Below are positions 1 to 9,260 of a stretch of 64,000 bases of DNA, one piece after another (within the stretch, counting starts at the first letter, position 1; every line of letters begins with the position of its first letter). Origin of the DNA: an uncultured Gammaproteobacteria bacterium (GTDB taxonomy: Bacteria > Patescibacteriota > Patescibacteriia > Buchananbacterales > UBA6539); assembly GCA_964540635.1 (NCBI GenBank), contig CAZINP010000005.1, positions 24,890 through 88,889 on the forward strand, given 5' to 3'. The translations under genes and the position numbers were made by a program. The notes beneath the pieces were generated by a model. It made no database searches, had not been told where the DNA came from, and saw only the letters and a list, made by a program, of their open reading frames with translations.

Positions 1-474
1 TATTGTCTCTATAAAATCAACGGCTGTTACATTGTCTATCCCCGCTCTGATTTTAACTGAAACCGGCAACTTGGTGTTTTGCAAGACTTCAATTATCAAT
101 TTACGGCAATGGCCCAAATCACGCATCAAAGTAACACCGCCGCCGTGAGCCACCACTTTTTTGGCCGGACAACCAAAATTTAAATCAATGCCGGAATATC
201 CCGCCTTTTCTACAATTTGGCTAGCCTTGGCAAATACCTCAATCCTTTTGCCAAAAAGTTGACAGACAACCGGTTTTTCTGACTTTGAAAACGGCAACAT
301 GGCCAAAGTTTTTTTTGAACCATAATGCAGGGCATCAGCCGAAACCATTTCGGTATATAAAACATCCGCTCCAAACGACTTACACAGCTGACGAAACGGC
401 GAATCCGAATAGCCGGCCATGGGCGCCAAGGCCAGAATTGGCTTATCTAATTTATTCCAGAAATTTTTTTTCAT
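1..474 (-). CDS. dus: tRNA-dihydrouridine synthase (5' part; runs off the window start)
   Basis: Manual translation from ATG at 474: MKKNFWNKLDKPILALAPMAGYSDSPFRQL...YTEMVSA...QLFG...GIDLNFGCPAKKV, the Dus signature motifs. Not in the ORF track. Confidence 0.9.
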   Translation of the reverse strand, partial: MKKNFWNKLDKPILALAPMAGYSDSPFRQLCKSFGADVLYTEMVSADALHYGSKKTLAMLPFSKSEKPVVCQLFGKRIEVFAKASQIVEKAGYSGIDLNFGCPAKKVVAHGGGVTLMRDLGHCRKLIIEVLQNTKLPVSVKIRAGIDNVTAVDFIETI

Positions 475-480
475 TTAGCC

Positions 481-1605
481 CTATTTAATTTTATCCACCA
501 CAAAATCCGCCAGACTTTCGGCCGACGACGGTTTACCGATTTTTTGGCAAGCCTGTTTCATTAAAGAAAGCTTTTGCGGGTTTGAAGCCAAATCGTTCAA
601 AGCCTTTATAATTCCGACCGTACCATCAACTTTAATTGCCGCATTATTCTCAACTAAATAATTAACATTGTCTTCCTCTTGGCCCGGGATGACCTTGTTT
701 ATTACCATAGGCAAACCCTTGGCCATACACTCAGAAACAGTTAAGCCGCCGGCTTTCGAAAAAATGATGTCAGAGACCGTCATCAATTCTTCCATATTAT
801 CAACAAAACCAAACGCCTTAACATTGCTATAGCGTTTATTTAAATCTGATTTTTCAATTGATTCCTTTAAACTATTATCCCTGCCGGCTACAACCAAAAA
901 TTGAACATTACCATCATTTTTTTCCAATACGCCTGAAATCACGTTTTTAAGTGTGGCAAAATCAAATTGGCCGCCCACAATTAAAATCGTAAATAAGCCC
1001 TCTCTAATGCCCAATTTTTTACAAATTTCAGTGCGCTCAAGTTGGCTGGCAAACTTTTCTTCAATCGGAATACCGGTAACGGCCACTTTATCCGGCGCAA
1101 CACCAAAATCTTGAAGACATTTTTTAACCCCGTCAGTCGCGCCAAAATAATAGTTCACTTCCGGATCAACCCAAAAACTATGGCAACCAAAATCAGTACA
1201 AATCATGGAAGACAAAACATCAATTATTTTCTTGTCCTTAGAGCGTGAAATAATAATCATCGGCAATGGATGGGCCGAGATTATAAAATCTGGATTAAAA
1301 TCTTTTATAAAGGGAATAAACCGACCCTTAATCGCCCAATAAGACAATAAACTTGGCAAACCTTGGCGCGACTTCTTGTTAAAAGTCCGATAAAGCCAAG
1401 CCCAAACTCCCGGCATTTTAGCTGAGACATAATTGTAACCATCCACAAAAAAAAGCCGGTATATGCGACTTGAAAAATCAATCACATTAACATTTTTAAC
1501 TTCAATTTCCGGGTATTTTCTGGCAAATGCCTGCTGCACGGCTTTAGCTGCCATAACGTGGCCCATACCGCCGGAAGCGTAAACAATTAATACTTTTTTT
1601 GACAT
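481..1605 (-). CDS. MGDG synthase/UgtP-like glycosyltransferase (GT28)
   Basis: SGGMGH N-terminus, CTDFGCHSFW, TGIPI, SKAGGLTVSE and IPGQEEDN motifs. Confidence 0.85.
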   Translation of the reverse strand: MSKKVLIVYASGGMGHVMAAKAVQQAFARKYPEIEVKNVNVIDFSSRIYRLFFVDGYNYVSAKMPGVWAWLYRTFNKKSRQGLPSLLSYWAIKGRFIPFIKDFNPDFIISAHPLPMIIISRSKDKKIIDVLSSMICTDFGCHSFWVDPEVNYYFGATDGVKKCLQDFGVAPDKVAVTGIPIEEKFASQLERTEICKKLGIREGLFTILIVGGQFDFATLKNVISGVLEKNDGNVQFLVVAGRDNSLKESIEKSDLNKRYSNVKAFGFVDNMEELMTVSDIIFSKAGGLTVSECMAKGLPMVINKVIPGQEEDNVNYLVENNAAIKVDGTVGIIKALNDLASNPQKLSLMKQACQKIGKPSSAESLADFVVDKIK

Positions 1606-1790
1606 AAATATTTATATAATTAATTTTTTATTTGCTTTTTTTAATTTTTAGAAAAAATTTCTTGACAGACTTTAAATTTAAACTTTTATTATTTCTTATC
1701 ACACTTGATTGTGGATAACTATTTAGAGATCACGAGATAAATTGGTCATAATCATAAACATTCTATCAAAAAAATAACCAAAACTCAAGG

Positions 1791-1828
1791 AAAAAATAAA
1801 AAAATAACGGGAAATCTTCCCGTTATTT
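1791..1828 (-). terminator. Intrinsic terminator after murF
   Basis: AAATAACGGGA...TCCCGTTATTT stem followed by a T-tract on the minus strand. Confidence 0.7.
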
Positions 1829-1840
1829 ATTGATCTTAAA

Positions 1841-3145
1841 TTAATTCCATTCTTTCTCTTGCCTGACTAGCAAATCTTTTGCTCTATTAGGCTCAGCCAT
1901 TATTTCCTTAACAATTTTTTCCATTCTCATCCCTTGCGATCCTTTTACCAGAACCAAATCCCCTTCACTAAGCTTATCTTGGAGAAAACGTCCGGCTGAA
2001 GCCGAATCAGAAAAACTAAAACACCTGTCTTTTGGCATTCCCTTTAAAATGGCCGCTCTAATCGTATCCCGGGATAATTCACCCACCGTAAATAAGTAAT
2101 CAATTTTATTGTCAAACACGGCTCGGCCGATTTCACGATGCGCCGAAGTACTAATTTTTCCCAATTCAAGCATATCACCCAAAACCGCGAACTTTTTATG
2201 ACCGGCTGCAAGATTAATGCTTTCTACTTGTTCAAGCGCCTTTTTAACCGCCAAGGGTGAAGAATTATATGTATCATCAATAATTAATGTGTTTTTTATC
2301 CCGGGTATTATATGCATCCTCCCTTTGGGCGGTTCATATTTTTTGAGCGCTTCGGTTATTTCGTGCAGATTTAAATCGTAAATCAAACCAACAGCAATAG
2401 CCGCCAAAGCCGAATAAGCCAAATGTTTGCCTAAAACCCTTGGCAATAAAACCGGCACCGTGCTTCCTTGATATTGCAGTTTAAAGCTTATGCCTTGAAT
2501 GGTTGAATAATCTTTATAATCAATTTCGTGACTAACGGCAATTTCAGTTGCCTTCACGTCCGCACCGGTATCAAGGCCGTAAGTAACAATTTTAGCATTT
2601 GTTTTTTCTGCCATTGCCGCCACCAACGCATCATCAAGGTTCAAAACCGCATAACCATTTTTAGACAAAGCCCTTACCAAATTTGTTTTTTCCTTGGCCA
2701 CCATATCAATAGTTTCAAAAAATTCCAAGTGAACTGGCGCCACTGCGGTGACAACCGCAACATTGATTGGCACTAAAGAAGTAAGATATTTAATATCTCC
2801 GGGGTGATCAGCACCCATTTCCAAAACCAAAATATTTGGATATTTTTTATCTCGAATGACAATTAAACGAAGGGCATTTAAAAAAACAACCAGCCAACGC
2901 CACAACGACCGCCCGCCGGCAGCCGAGCCGATAATTGTTAAGGGTATGCCAAGCTCGTTATTATAATTTTTATAATTGGTCCTGACATTATAGGTTGAGG
3001 CTAAAACTGAATAAATCGCTTCTTTAGTCGAAGTCTTTCCAACACTGCCGGTTATGGCAATTACCTCCGGTTTGTATTTGTTTAATATTTTTTTACTTAA
3101 AAATGCCAGGATTTTCTGTAAAGTAACTAATAACCTTTCTTTCAT
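1841..3145 (-). CDS. murF: UDP-MurNAc-tripeptide--D-Ala-D-Ala ligase
   Basis: ITGSVGKTSTKE, NNELGIP, DDTYNSSP, LGDMLELG and LVKGS motifs. Confidence 0.93.
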   Translation of the reverse strand: MKERLLVTLQKILAFLSKKILNKYKPEVIAITGSVGKTSTKEAIYSVLASTYNVRTNYKNYNNELGIPLTIIGSAAGGRSLWRWLVVFLNALRLIVIRDKKYPNILVLEMGADHPGDIKYLTSLVPINVAVVTAVAPVHLEFFETIDMVAKEKTNLVRALSKNGYAVLNLDDALVAAMAEKTNAKIVTYGLDTGADVKATEIAVSHEIDYKDYSTIQGISFKLQYQGSTVPVLLPRVLGKHLAYSALAAIAVGLIYDLNLHEITEALKKYEPPKGRMHIIPGIKNTLIIDDTYNSSPLAVKKALEQVESINLAAGHKKFAVLGDMLELGKISTSAHREIGRAVFDNKIDYLFTVGELSRDTIRAAILKGMPKDRCFSFSDSASAGRFLQDKLSEGDLVLVKGSQGMRMEKIVKEIMAEPNRAKDLLVRQEKEWN

Positions 3146-3153
3146 AATATATT

Positions 3154-4890
3154 TTAGTAATCAGGTGAAATTTTATAATAATTTATCATAAATTCGGCCA
3201 AATCATGAAATAACGGCGTAATGGAATCTTCGGCAAATTTGGGTCCTTGAGGTTTGGCCAGCTTTACTAACATCACAAATTTTGGTTTAGATACCGGCCC
3301 ATATCCGATAAACGTATGATTTGTTTGCGCGCCATAGCCGCCACTGGGCGAAGCGATTTGGGCGGTTCCGGTTTTACCCGCGAAAAAATATCCGCTCACT
3401 CCCGCCTTTTTACCATAACCTTGTTCAACCACTGAGGTTAACATTCCGGAAAGAGTAGAAGCCGTCGACGGTGAAATAACTTGTCTTACCGTTTGCGGCT
3501 CAAAGGTCTGAATTTCCCCGTCCGGTTTTCTAATCTCGGAAACAATATATGGCCTTGGCAGCTTACCCTGGTTTGCCAGAGCCGCAAAAGCGGTCACCAG
3601 TTGAATTGGCGTAGCCATAATGCCTTGCCCAAAGGAAGCGGTCATGCCATAAATTTCTCCGGACTTATTTAACGAAGATATGTCACCAGGCATCTCTTTA
3701 TCCAAAGTAATGCCCGTATCTTTGCCAAAACCTAAATTTTCAACATATTTTTTAAACTTATCCTTTCCTACCTTTTGCTCAACATAAATTGCACCCGTGT
3801 TCAATGAGAGTTTTAGAATATCAGTCATGGAAACCGAACCATGCGCCTTTAAATCAGAATTCCTAATTGTGAAACTGCTGATTTTAATTTCACCTTTATC
3901 ATCATATTTATCTTCCGGCTTTACAGCTCCAGAGTCTATACCGGCAGCCATGGTAAAAGCCTTAAACACTGAGCCTGGCTCGTAGGCGGTAAAAATTGCG
4001 GGATTATTAAAAACATTTATATCTTCAACGTCTTTATAATTTTCAGGATCAAAATCCGGAAAATTGCACATGGCAATTATTGCGCCGGTCGGCTCCATAA
4101 TTATCACCGTCCCACTTTCAGCCTTAAACTTCTCATAATAACCCTTCAGCATTCTGCAGGCGTTGTATTGAATTTCTCTGTTTATTGTCAAAACAATATC
4201 CGAACCGTTTTCCGGCTCTTCCACCAATCGCGGCCCAATGGCTATAAGCGAACCGAGTGCGTCTTTAAATGACTTGATTATTCCGGGACGACCGGACAAT
4301 TCTTTGTCAAAATAACCCTCAATACCATACTGGCCTTTCAATTCATTATCAATTACTTTGCTAAAACCTAAAATATGCCCACCCAACGATTTTTCCGTAT
4401 AAAACCGGTAAGATTCCGAGGAAAAACCCAAACCATCAATTTCCAGCGCTTTTATCTTCTCGCTTTGTTCCTTTGTGACCTTGTGCCACAAAGGCTCATA
4501 GGGGTCTGATTTTTTACTTAAGCGCGGCAGAATATCTTGCCATTCATCCTCCTCTAGGCCCAAAATTGGCGTAATTTTATCAATAACCTCACCGGGTGAA
4601 CTTATTTTATAAGGCTCGGCAAACAATAAATAATATTCACGATTTGCCACCAAGGGATAATATCCGTCTTTTTCCTTGACTGAAATCGAGCCCCTTGTTG
4701 CCGAGACTGATTCGGATATCTCTTGGCGCTTTGAGGCCAATTGGGTGTAATGGTCGTGTTTTAAAATTTGAAGAAAAAACAATCGGCCGATAATAAACAG
4801 TCCCATTATCGTCATTACCGCCGCAAGAACCAAAATTCTTTTTTCGGAAAAAAAACTATTGTTTTTATTTTTTCTTAAATTCATGTTCAA
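3154..4890 (-). CDS. ftsI: Class B penicillin-binding protein (FtsI/PBP2 family)
   Basis: N-terminal TM, EPGSVFK (SxxK), SLN (SxN) and KTGT motifs; position after mraZ-rsmH-ftsL. Confidence 0.88.
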   Translation of the reverse strand: MNMNLRKNKNNSFFSEKRILVLAAVMTIMGLFIIGRLFFLQILKHDHYTQLASKRQEISESVSATRGSISVKEKDGYYPLVANREYYLLFAEPYKISSPGEVIDKITPILGLEEDEWQDILPRLSKKSDPYEPLWHKVTKEQSEKIKALEIDGLGFSSESYRFYTEKSLGGHILGFSKVIDNELKGQYGIEGYFDKELSGRPGIIKSFKDALGSLIAIGPRLVEEPENGSDIVLTINREIQYNACRMLKGYYEKFKAESGTVIIMEPTGAIIAMCNFPDFDPENYKDVEDINVFNNPAIFTAYEPGSVFKAFTMAAGIDSGAVKPEDKYDDKGEIKISSFTIRNSDLKAHGSVSMTDILKLSLNTGAIYVEQKVGKDKFKKYVENLGFGKDTGITLDKEMPGDISSLNKSGEIYGMTASFGQGIMATPIQLVTAFAALANQGKLPRPYIVSEIRKPDGEIQTFEPQTVRQVISPSTASTLSGMLTSVVEQGYGKKAGVSGYFFAGKTGTAQIASPSGGYGAQTNHTFIGYGPVSKPKFVMLVKLAKPQGPKFAEDSITPLFHDLAEFMINYYKISPDY

Positions 4891-4958
4891 AACTCAGATA
4901 AAATCAATAATGTATAATAACAAAGTATTATACATTATCCAAATTTCAAAATTTTAAA

Positions 4959-5321
4959 TTACCTATTAACGGCAACCGGCTTGGCATTGATAAATTCTTC
5001 GCCATTTAGTGAAACCATGCCCAATTCATTCATTTTTTCCTGGATTTTGGCAACTGACTGCAAATCAAGAGCGGCCAGCTCCAATTCCGACTTTGAAGTT
5101 TTCAATTCAGCCACGGTTTTTTCCAAATCTTTTATCTTATAGCCTTGAGTTGAGATATTATTAACCTGAATCAAATAGGCCAGACTGAAAACAACGATTA
5201 AACCGGCGATTAAATAATTAAAATTTAAGAAACCGGTAAAATTAGATTTAGCCGTCTTTTTCTTAGATAAATTGCTGAACCTAAGCTTCTTTTTTGAACT
5301 GGTTGAAATGTAGCGTTTCAT
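4959..5321 (-). CDS. ftsL: FtsL-like cell division protein
   Basis: Basic N-terminus, single TM, coiled coil ending ELGM; sits between rsmH and ftsI. Confidence 0.7.
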   Translation of the reverse strand: MKRYISTSSKKKLRFSNLSKKKTAKSNFTGFLNFNYLIAGLIVVFSLAYLIQVNNISTQGYKIKDLEKTVAELKTSKSELELAALDLQSVAKIQEKMNELGMVSLNGEEFINAKPVAVNR

Positions 5322-5333
5322 GATATTTTTATT

Positions 5334-6281
5334 TTAATTTTTATTTATTTTTTCAGCGACTCGCATTTTGGCGCTTCTTGAGCGAGGGTTTTCTCTAATT
5401 TCATTTTCGGTCGGTTCAAGTGGTTTTAAAGTTAAAAGCTTGACGGTTTTTTTGTGACCACACTGGCAAAGGGGCATTTGAGGTGGGCAGATGCAGTCTC
5501 GTGATTCTTGCCTTAAAAAATCTTTCACTATCTTATCTTCCAGAGAATGATAACTTATAACTACCAATCTGCCACCCGGCTTAAGGATTGAAATAGCGGC
5601 CGGTAAAACTTTTTCCAAATTTTTTAGTTCATCATTAACTGCAATTCTTAAAGCTTGAAATATTTTGGTCGCCGGATTCGTTCTTGATTTTTCTCGAAAA
5701 TATTTTTTATATATATCTGAAATAATTTCTACAAGTTGTTCGGGATGAGTTATTGCCTTTACCCTTCTTTGCTCAACAATCGCTTTGGCGATTGGTCGGG
5801 ATAAGCGCTCTTGGCCAAATTCCTGAAAAATTTCCACCAATTCATTTTCTCTGGCCGTATTCAATATCCTTTCAGCTGTTAAATCGGTTTGTTCGCCAAA
5901 ACGCATATCCAATTTACCTTCGGATAAAAAACTAAATCCCCTTTTCTTGTCTCGCAGTTGTCCCGAAGACAAGCCCAAGTCAAGCAAAATTCCATCAACC
6001 TTTGGTATCTTGTATTTTTTTATAATATTTTTAAGGTTGGCAAAATTGTCTTTTACAATCAGCGCTCTGTCGCCGTATTCCTTCAGGGCCTTTTTTGCCG
6101 TATCAATAGCCAGTTGATCCAAATCAATGCCGATTACTTTTCCGTTCGGGCTGGTGATTTTCAACAATTCTTCGGTATGACCGGCACCGCCAAGTGTACA
6201 ATCAATGAATATCTTTCCCGGAGCGGGCAATAAATACTCAATTGACTCTTTGGGCATTACGGATAGATGAAACTCCTTCAT
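5334..6281 (-). CDS. rsmH: 16S rRNA m4C1402 methyltransferase
   Basis: DCTLGGAGH, DLGLSS, FQALRIAVN, SYHSLED and NPRSRSAK motifs. Confidence 0.96.
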   Translation of the reverse strand: MKEFHLSVMPKESIEYLLPAPGKIFIDCTLGGAGHTEELLKITSPNGKVIGIDLDQLAIDTAKKALKEYGDRALIVKDNFANLKNIIKKYKIPKVDGILLDLGLSSGQLRDKKRGFSFLSEGKLDMRFGEQTDLTAERILNTARENELVEIFQEFGQERLSRPIAKAIVEQRRVKAITHPEQLVEIISDIYKKYFREKSRTNPATKIFQALRIAVNDELKNLEKVLPAAISILKPGGRLVVISYHSLEDKIVKDFLRQESRDCICPPQMPLCQCGHKKTVKLLTLKPLEPTENEIRENPRSRSAKMRVAEKINKN

Positions 6282-6283
6282 AA

Positions 6284-6715
6284 CTACACTCCCATTTCAC
6301 CAAGCGCCTCGGCAATATTGCCGCTATTAGAAACGGTCTTATCTTTATATTCTTGCCATTTTTCTTCACTCCAAATTTCAAGGCGATTATACAAGCCTAT
6401 AATCACCACTTTTTTTGTTAAACCGGCATCACGCCTAAGATATTCGGGAATAAGCATTCTTCCTTGACTGTCAATCTCCAAATCCATTGCGCTGCCAAGC
6501 TTTAACCTGGCAAAAGCCCTTGCGTCTGCCTTTGAGGTTGGTAGAGATGAAATTTTATCGGCGTATTTTTTCCACTCCGCTTTTGGATACAAAGAAAGAC
6601 AATCGTCCACCTCTCTGGTGACCACTGTTCCCTTTTTGAGATCTGGCCTAAATTTTGCCGGAACGGCAATTCGGCCTTTCTCATCCAAGCTGTGCTGGTA
6701 TTCGCCGATAAACAT
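6284..6715 (-). CDS. mraZ: Division/cell wall cluster repressor MraZ
   Basis: MFIGEY..LDEKGR and DSQGR repeats, RLEIW. Confidence 0.96.
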   Translation of the reverse strand: MFIGEYQHSLDEKGRIAVPAKFRPDLKKGTVVTREVDDCLSLYPKAEWKKYADKISSLPTSKADARAFARLKLGSAMDLEIDSQGRMLIPEYLRRDAGLTKKVVIIGLYNRLEIWSEEKWQEYKDKTVSNSGNIAEALGEMGV

Positions 6716-6797
6716 GGCTAAATATTAATTATTTTCTTATTTTTTCTTTTGATTTTAGTTTTTTATTTCTTCTTTTTGTTTTTGATATTTGCCTACC

Positions 6798-6885
6798 TTT
6801 TCCACAGAGATTAACCCTTATCCCCACTTTCATCCACTCAAGATCACCTACATACCATTTTACTCCACTTTTTTACCACTGTCAA
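6798..6885 (-). promoter_or_regulatory. mraZ promoter with an array of GTGG MraZ boxes
   Basis: Minus strand TTGACA (6885-6880), 17 nt, TAAAAT (6862-6857). GTGG or near-GTGG repeats at 10-11 nt spacing (CCAC at 6824, 6834, 6865, 6876; degenerate at 6844, 6855). Confidence 0.8.
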
Positions 6886-6974
6886 ACATCAAAAAAAATG
6901 GCAGTTTTCGCCATTTTTTCACTATTTTTCCGCTATTTTGTCAAATATTTTATTCGCTTGTGGATAATTTAAGG

Positions 6975-7355
6975 CTAAATGCCAAGCGTCATCTTTATTT
7001 TTTTAACCAATTCATTAAGGTCTGTCTTTGATTTAACCAAATATTCATACTGTCCTATTGCCGAGGCCTGATCAAAAGAACCCTGATCGGCAATATTGCT
7101 TAAAATAATCACGGGCAAACTTTTTGTCTCTTCGTGTGTGGCAATCTCATTTAAAACTGTTAAGCCGTCGATGTCGGGTAACATAATATCAAGCAAAACC
7201 AAATCAGGTAAAACTTCCTTGAGCAAATCCATAGCCATCTGACCGGTTTCTGCTTTAAGTGTTTCAAACCCCTCTTGCTGCAACTTAAGACAAACCAACT
7301 CCAATAAATCAGGATCATCCTCAACTATTAAAATTTTTTTATTAAGTCCGTCCAT
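6975..7355 (-). CDS. Single-domain response regulator receiver protein
   Basis: KILIVEDD, LLDIMLP.IDG, PVIILS motifs; start moved to MDGLNKK at 7355 to avoid overlap with tsaB. Confidence 0.88.
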   Translation of the reverse strand: MDGLNKKILIVEDDPDLLELVCLKLQQEGFETLKAETGQMAMDLLKEVLPDLVLLDIMLPDIDGLTVLNEIATHEETKSLPVIILSNIADQGSFDQASAIGQYEYLVKSKTDLNELVKKIKMTLGI

Positions 7356-7356
7356 A

Positions 7357-7773
7357 CTAAAGTTCTTTCTTTTTAAGGGTAATATTGGGCTTGGCGCCAT
7401 AGAACGGCCTTACAATATAATTTCGCTTCGCTTTTTTTGCGCTATTAGAAATTAAGACGCCCAGATCCTTGGTTTTGCTAATCTCTGCTTGCTTGAGTCC
7501 AACAATCGGTAAGTCAAGCGAATAAGTCAAAGCATTCGCGGTTGCGATCCCAATTCTCAATGCCGAAAAAGGTCCGGGGCCAGAAACCACAACAATCGCT
7601 TTTAAGTTATTTGGCTTCTTTTTTAGAGATAAAATAATCTTTTTTATCTCTGCCAGAAGCAACTCTGATTGTCGATATTTAGCCGCAACCCTTTTTTTCA
7701 CCAAGATTTTATTGCCAGAAACGATGGCTAAATTTATCTCGGTGCCATCCGCGGTGTTTATGAATAGAATCAT
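7357..7773 (-). CDS. tsaB: t6A biosynthesis protein TsaB (short form)
   Basis: LFINT N-terminus and GPGPFSALRIG motif. Confidence 0.8.
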   Translation of the reverse strand: MILFINTADGTEINLAIVSGNKILVKKRVAAKYRQSELLLAEIKKIILSLKKKPNNLKAIVVVSGPGPFSALRIGIATANALTYSLDLPIVGLKQAEISKTKDLGVLISNSAKKAKRNYIVRPFYGAKPNITLKKKEL

Positions 7774-8540
7774 AGATATTTTTTAAACCAATCAACGACC
7801 AATGGATTAATTATTTTGTAATCCCTTGGCTTACGCCAAGTGTGAACAACGCCCGGAATCAACGCTAACTTTTTGGGACCAGAAAGTAATTTATAAGCAA
7901 ATCGGGAATGTTTAATTGGCACACTCTCGTCAATTTTACCATGAACTATAAGCGTGGGGATTTTTATTTTTTTGATTTGACTTGGCGTATCATGTTTCAT
8001 CAAATCTTCCAAATACTTAACTCTTATCTTAAATGATCTACGCTTACTCCTACTGCGCACTAAATAGTACCCAAGTTTTTTGGCCTGTTGATAACGCCAG
8101 ATGCGCGAAAAATCAGCCTTCCTGTTTATCACTCCAGCCAAATCAGCCAACACCTTAATTCTTTTGTCATTGGGCGCATAATGCATAACCAACTGCCCAC
8201 CAAGACTATGTCCGGCCAAACCTATTCTTTTTTTATCAACAATTTTCAGTTTGCATACATAATCAACAGCCGCTTTCAAATCATCAAGATATTGTTTAAA
8301 GTTAATATCTTCCATTTTGCCGTAGCTTTTACCTACACCATTACCAAAATCAAACCGGAAAGCAATGATTCCATTCTTAGCCAAAACTCGAGCCAGGCTG
8401 AGTAAATGCATTTGTTCTTTATAACCCTTAAAGCCGTGGCAGAGAATTACCGCCGGAAAAGGACCACTGCCCTTTGGTTTATCGATTATGGCAGCAATTT
8501 TTTGATTTTTTGAATTTTTAAAAAATAACTTTTGACCCAT
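7770..8540 (-). CDS. Alpha/beta-fold hydrolase
   Basis: CHGF, GHSLGG nucleophile elbow, HGKIDESVP, C-terminal His. Confidence 0.88.
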   Translation of the reverse strand: MGQKLFFKNSKNQKIAAIIDKPKGSGPFPAVILCHGFKGYKEQMHLLSLARVLAKNGIIAFRFDFGNGVGKSYGKMEDINFKQYLDDLKAAVDYVCKLKIVDKKRIGLAGHSLGGQLVMHYAPNDKRIKVLADLAGVINRKADFSRIWRYQQAKKLGYYLVRSRSKRRSFKIRVKYLEDLMKHDTPSQIKKIKIPTLIVHGKIDESVPIKHSRFAYKLLSGPKKLALIPGVVHTWRKPRDYKIINPLVVDWFKKYL

Positions 8541-8546
8541 AATAAA

Positions 8547-9137
8547 TTAAGTCGCGCTGATCTCATCAACAATTACCATCTTTTCGCCTTCCAAAATATC
8601 ATACAAAAATTTATCGGTTATTTCTTTGCGATACTTAAACTCCTGGGGTGTTAAAACCGTAAAATTAATATTTTGGCCAAAATCACGTTCAAAAGCTTTA
8701 ATGACTTGCGCCAGCTTTTCTCGGCTTATATTGCCCACCAAAAGCATATCCGTTGGCATATTTTTCTGTCCAATAAATATGCCGGTTAGAATAAAAAGCT
8801 GAACCTTGTTCAAACCTTTTATTTTGCTAACAAAATTTTTCTCCAACAAAAGCTGAGACTTTAAAAACAAGGCCTTCAATTCCGGAAAAAGAATATAATC
8901 AGTATTAGTCACAAAAAATTTCTTCATCCCGCCCTTTTCCTTTACCTGATCATCTTGAGGCATCAAAGAAGTTACAATCCCGATTTTCTCAAGATTTTCC
9001 ATCTCTCGACGAACCGAATTGAGCTGGGTTTTTAGCCGTCTGGCCAATTCTCGCAAATAAAATTGCTGGCCCGGGTTATTTAAAAATAACCTTAATAATT
9101 TGACTCTGGTTTTTGAACCAATTATTTGTTCAAGCAT
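8547..9137 (-). CDS. Winged-HTH protein with a degenerate nucleotidyltransferase-like C-terminal domain
   Basis: GSKTRVKLL...YLRELAR...NSVRRE HTH; C-terminal TGIF...DMLLVG. Confidence 0.65.
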   Translation of the reverse strand: MLEQIIGSKTRVKLLRLFLNNPGQQFYLRELARRLKTQLNSVRREMENLEKIGIVTSLMPQDDQVKEKGGMKKFFVTNTDYILFPELKALFLKSQLLLEKNFVSKIKGLNKVQLFILTGIFIGQKNMPTDMLLVGNISREKLAQVIKAFERDFGQNINFTVLTPQEFKYRKEITDKFLYDILEGEKMVIVDEISAT

Positions 9138-9260
9138 AAAATGATAAAAAAATAACAGTTATTAATAATGTTATCATTAACCCTGAAAACATAAATCGCC
9201 AGGGTTTACGTATATATATAATTATAGTATAATATAAACAATAAATCAAGACAAATTTTT

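Noticed and set aside
6798-6880. CRISPR or tandem repeat
   Set aside because: Only 4-nt boxes at ~10-nt spacing, explained by MraZ binding sites.
8547-9137. MNT-HEPN toxin-antitoxin module
   Set aside because: The nucleotidyltransferase motif is degenerate and there is no adjacent HEPN gene.
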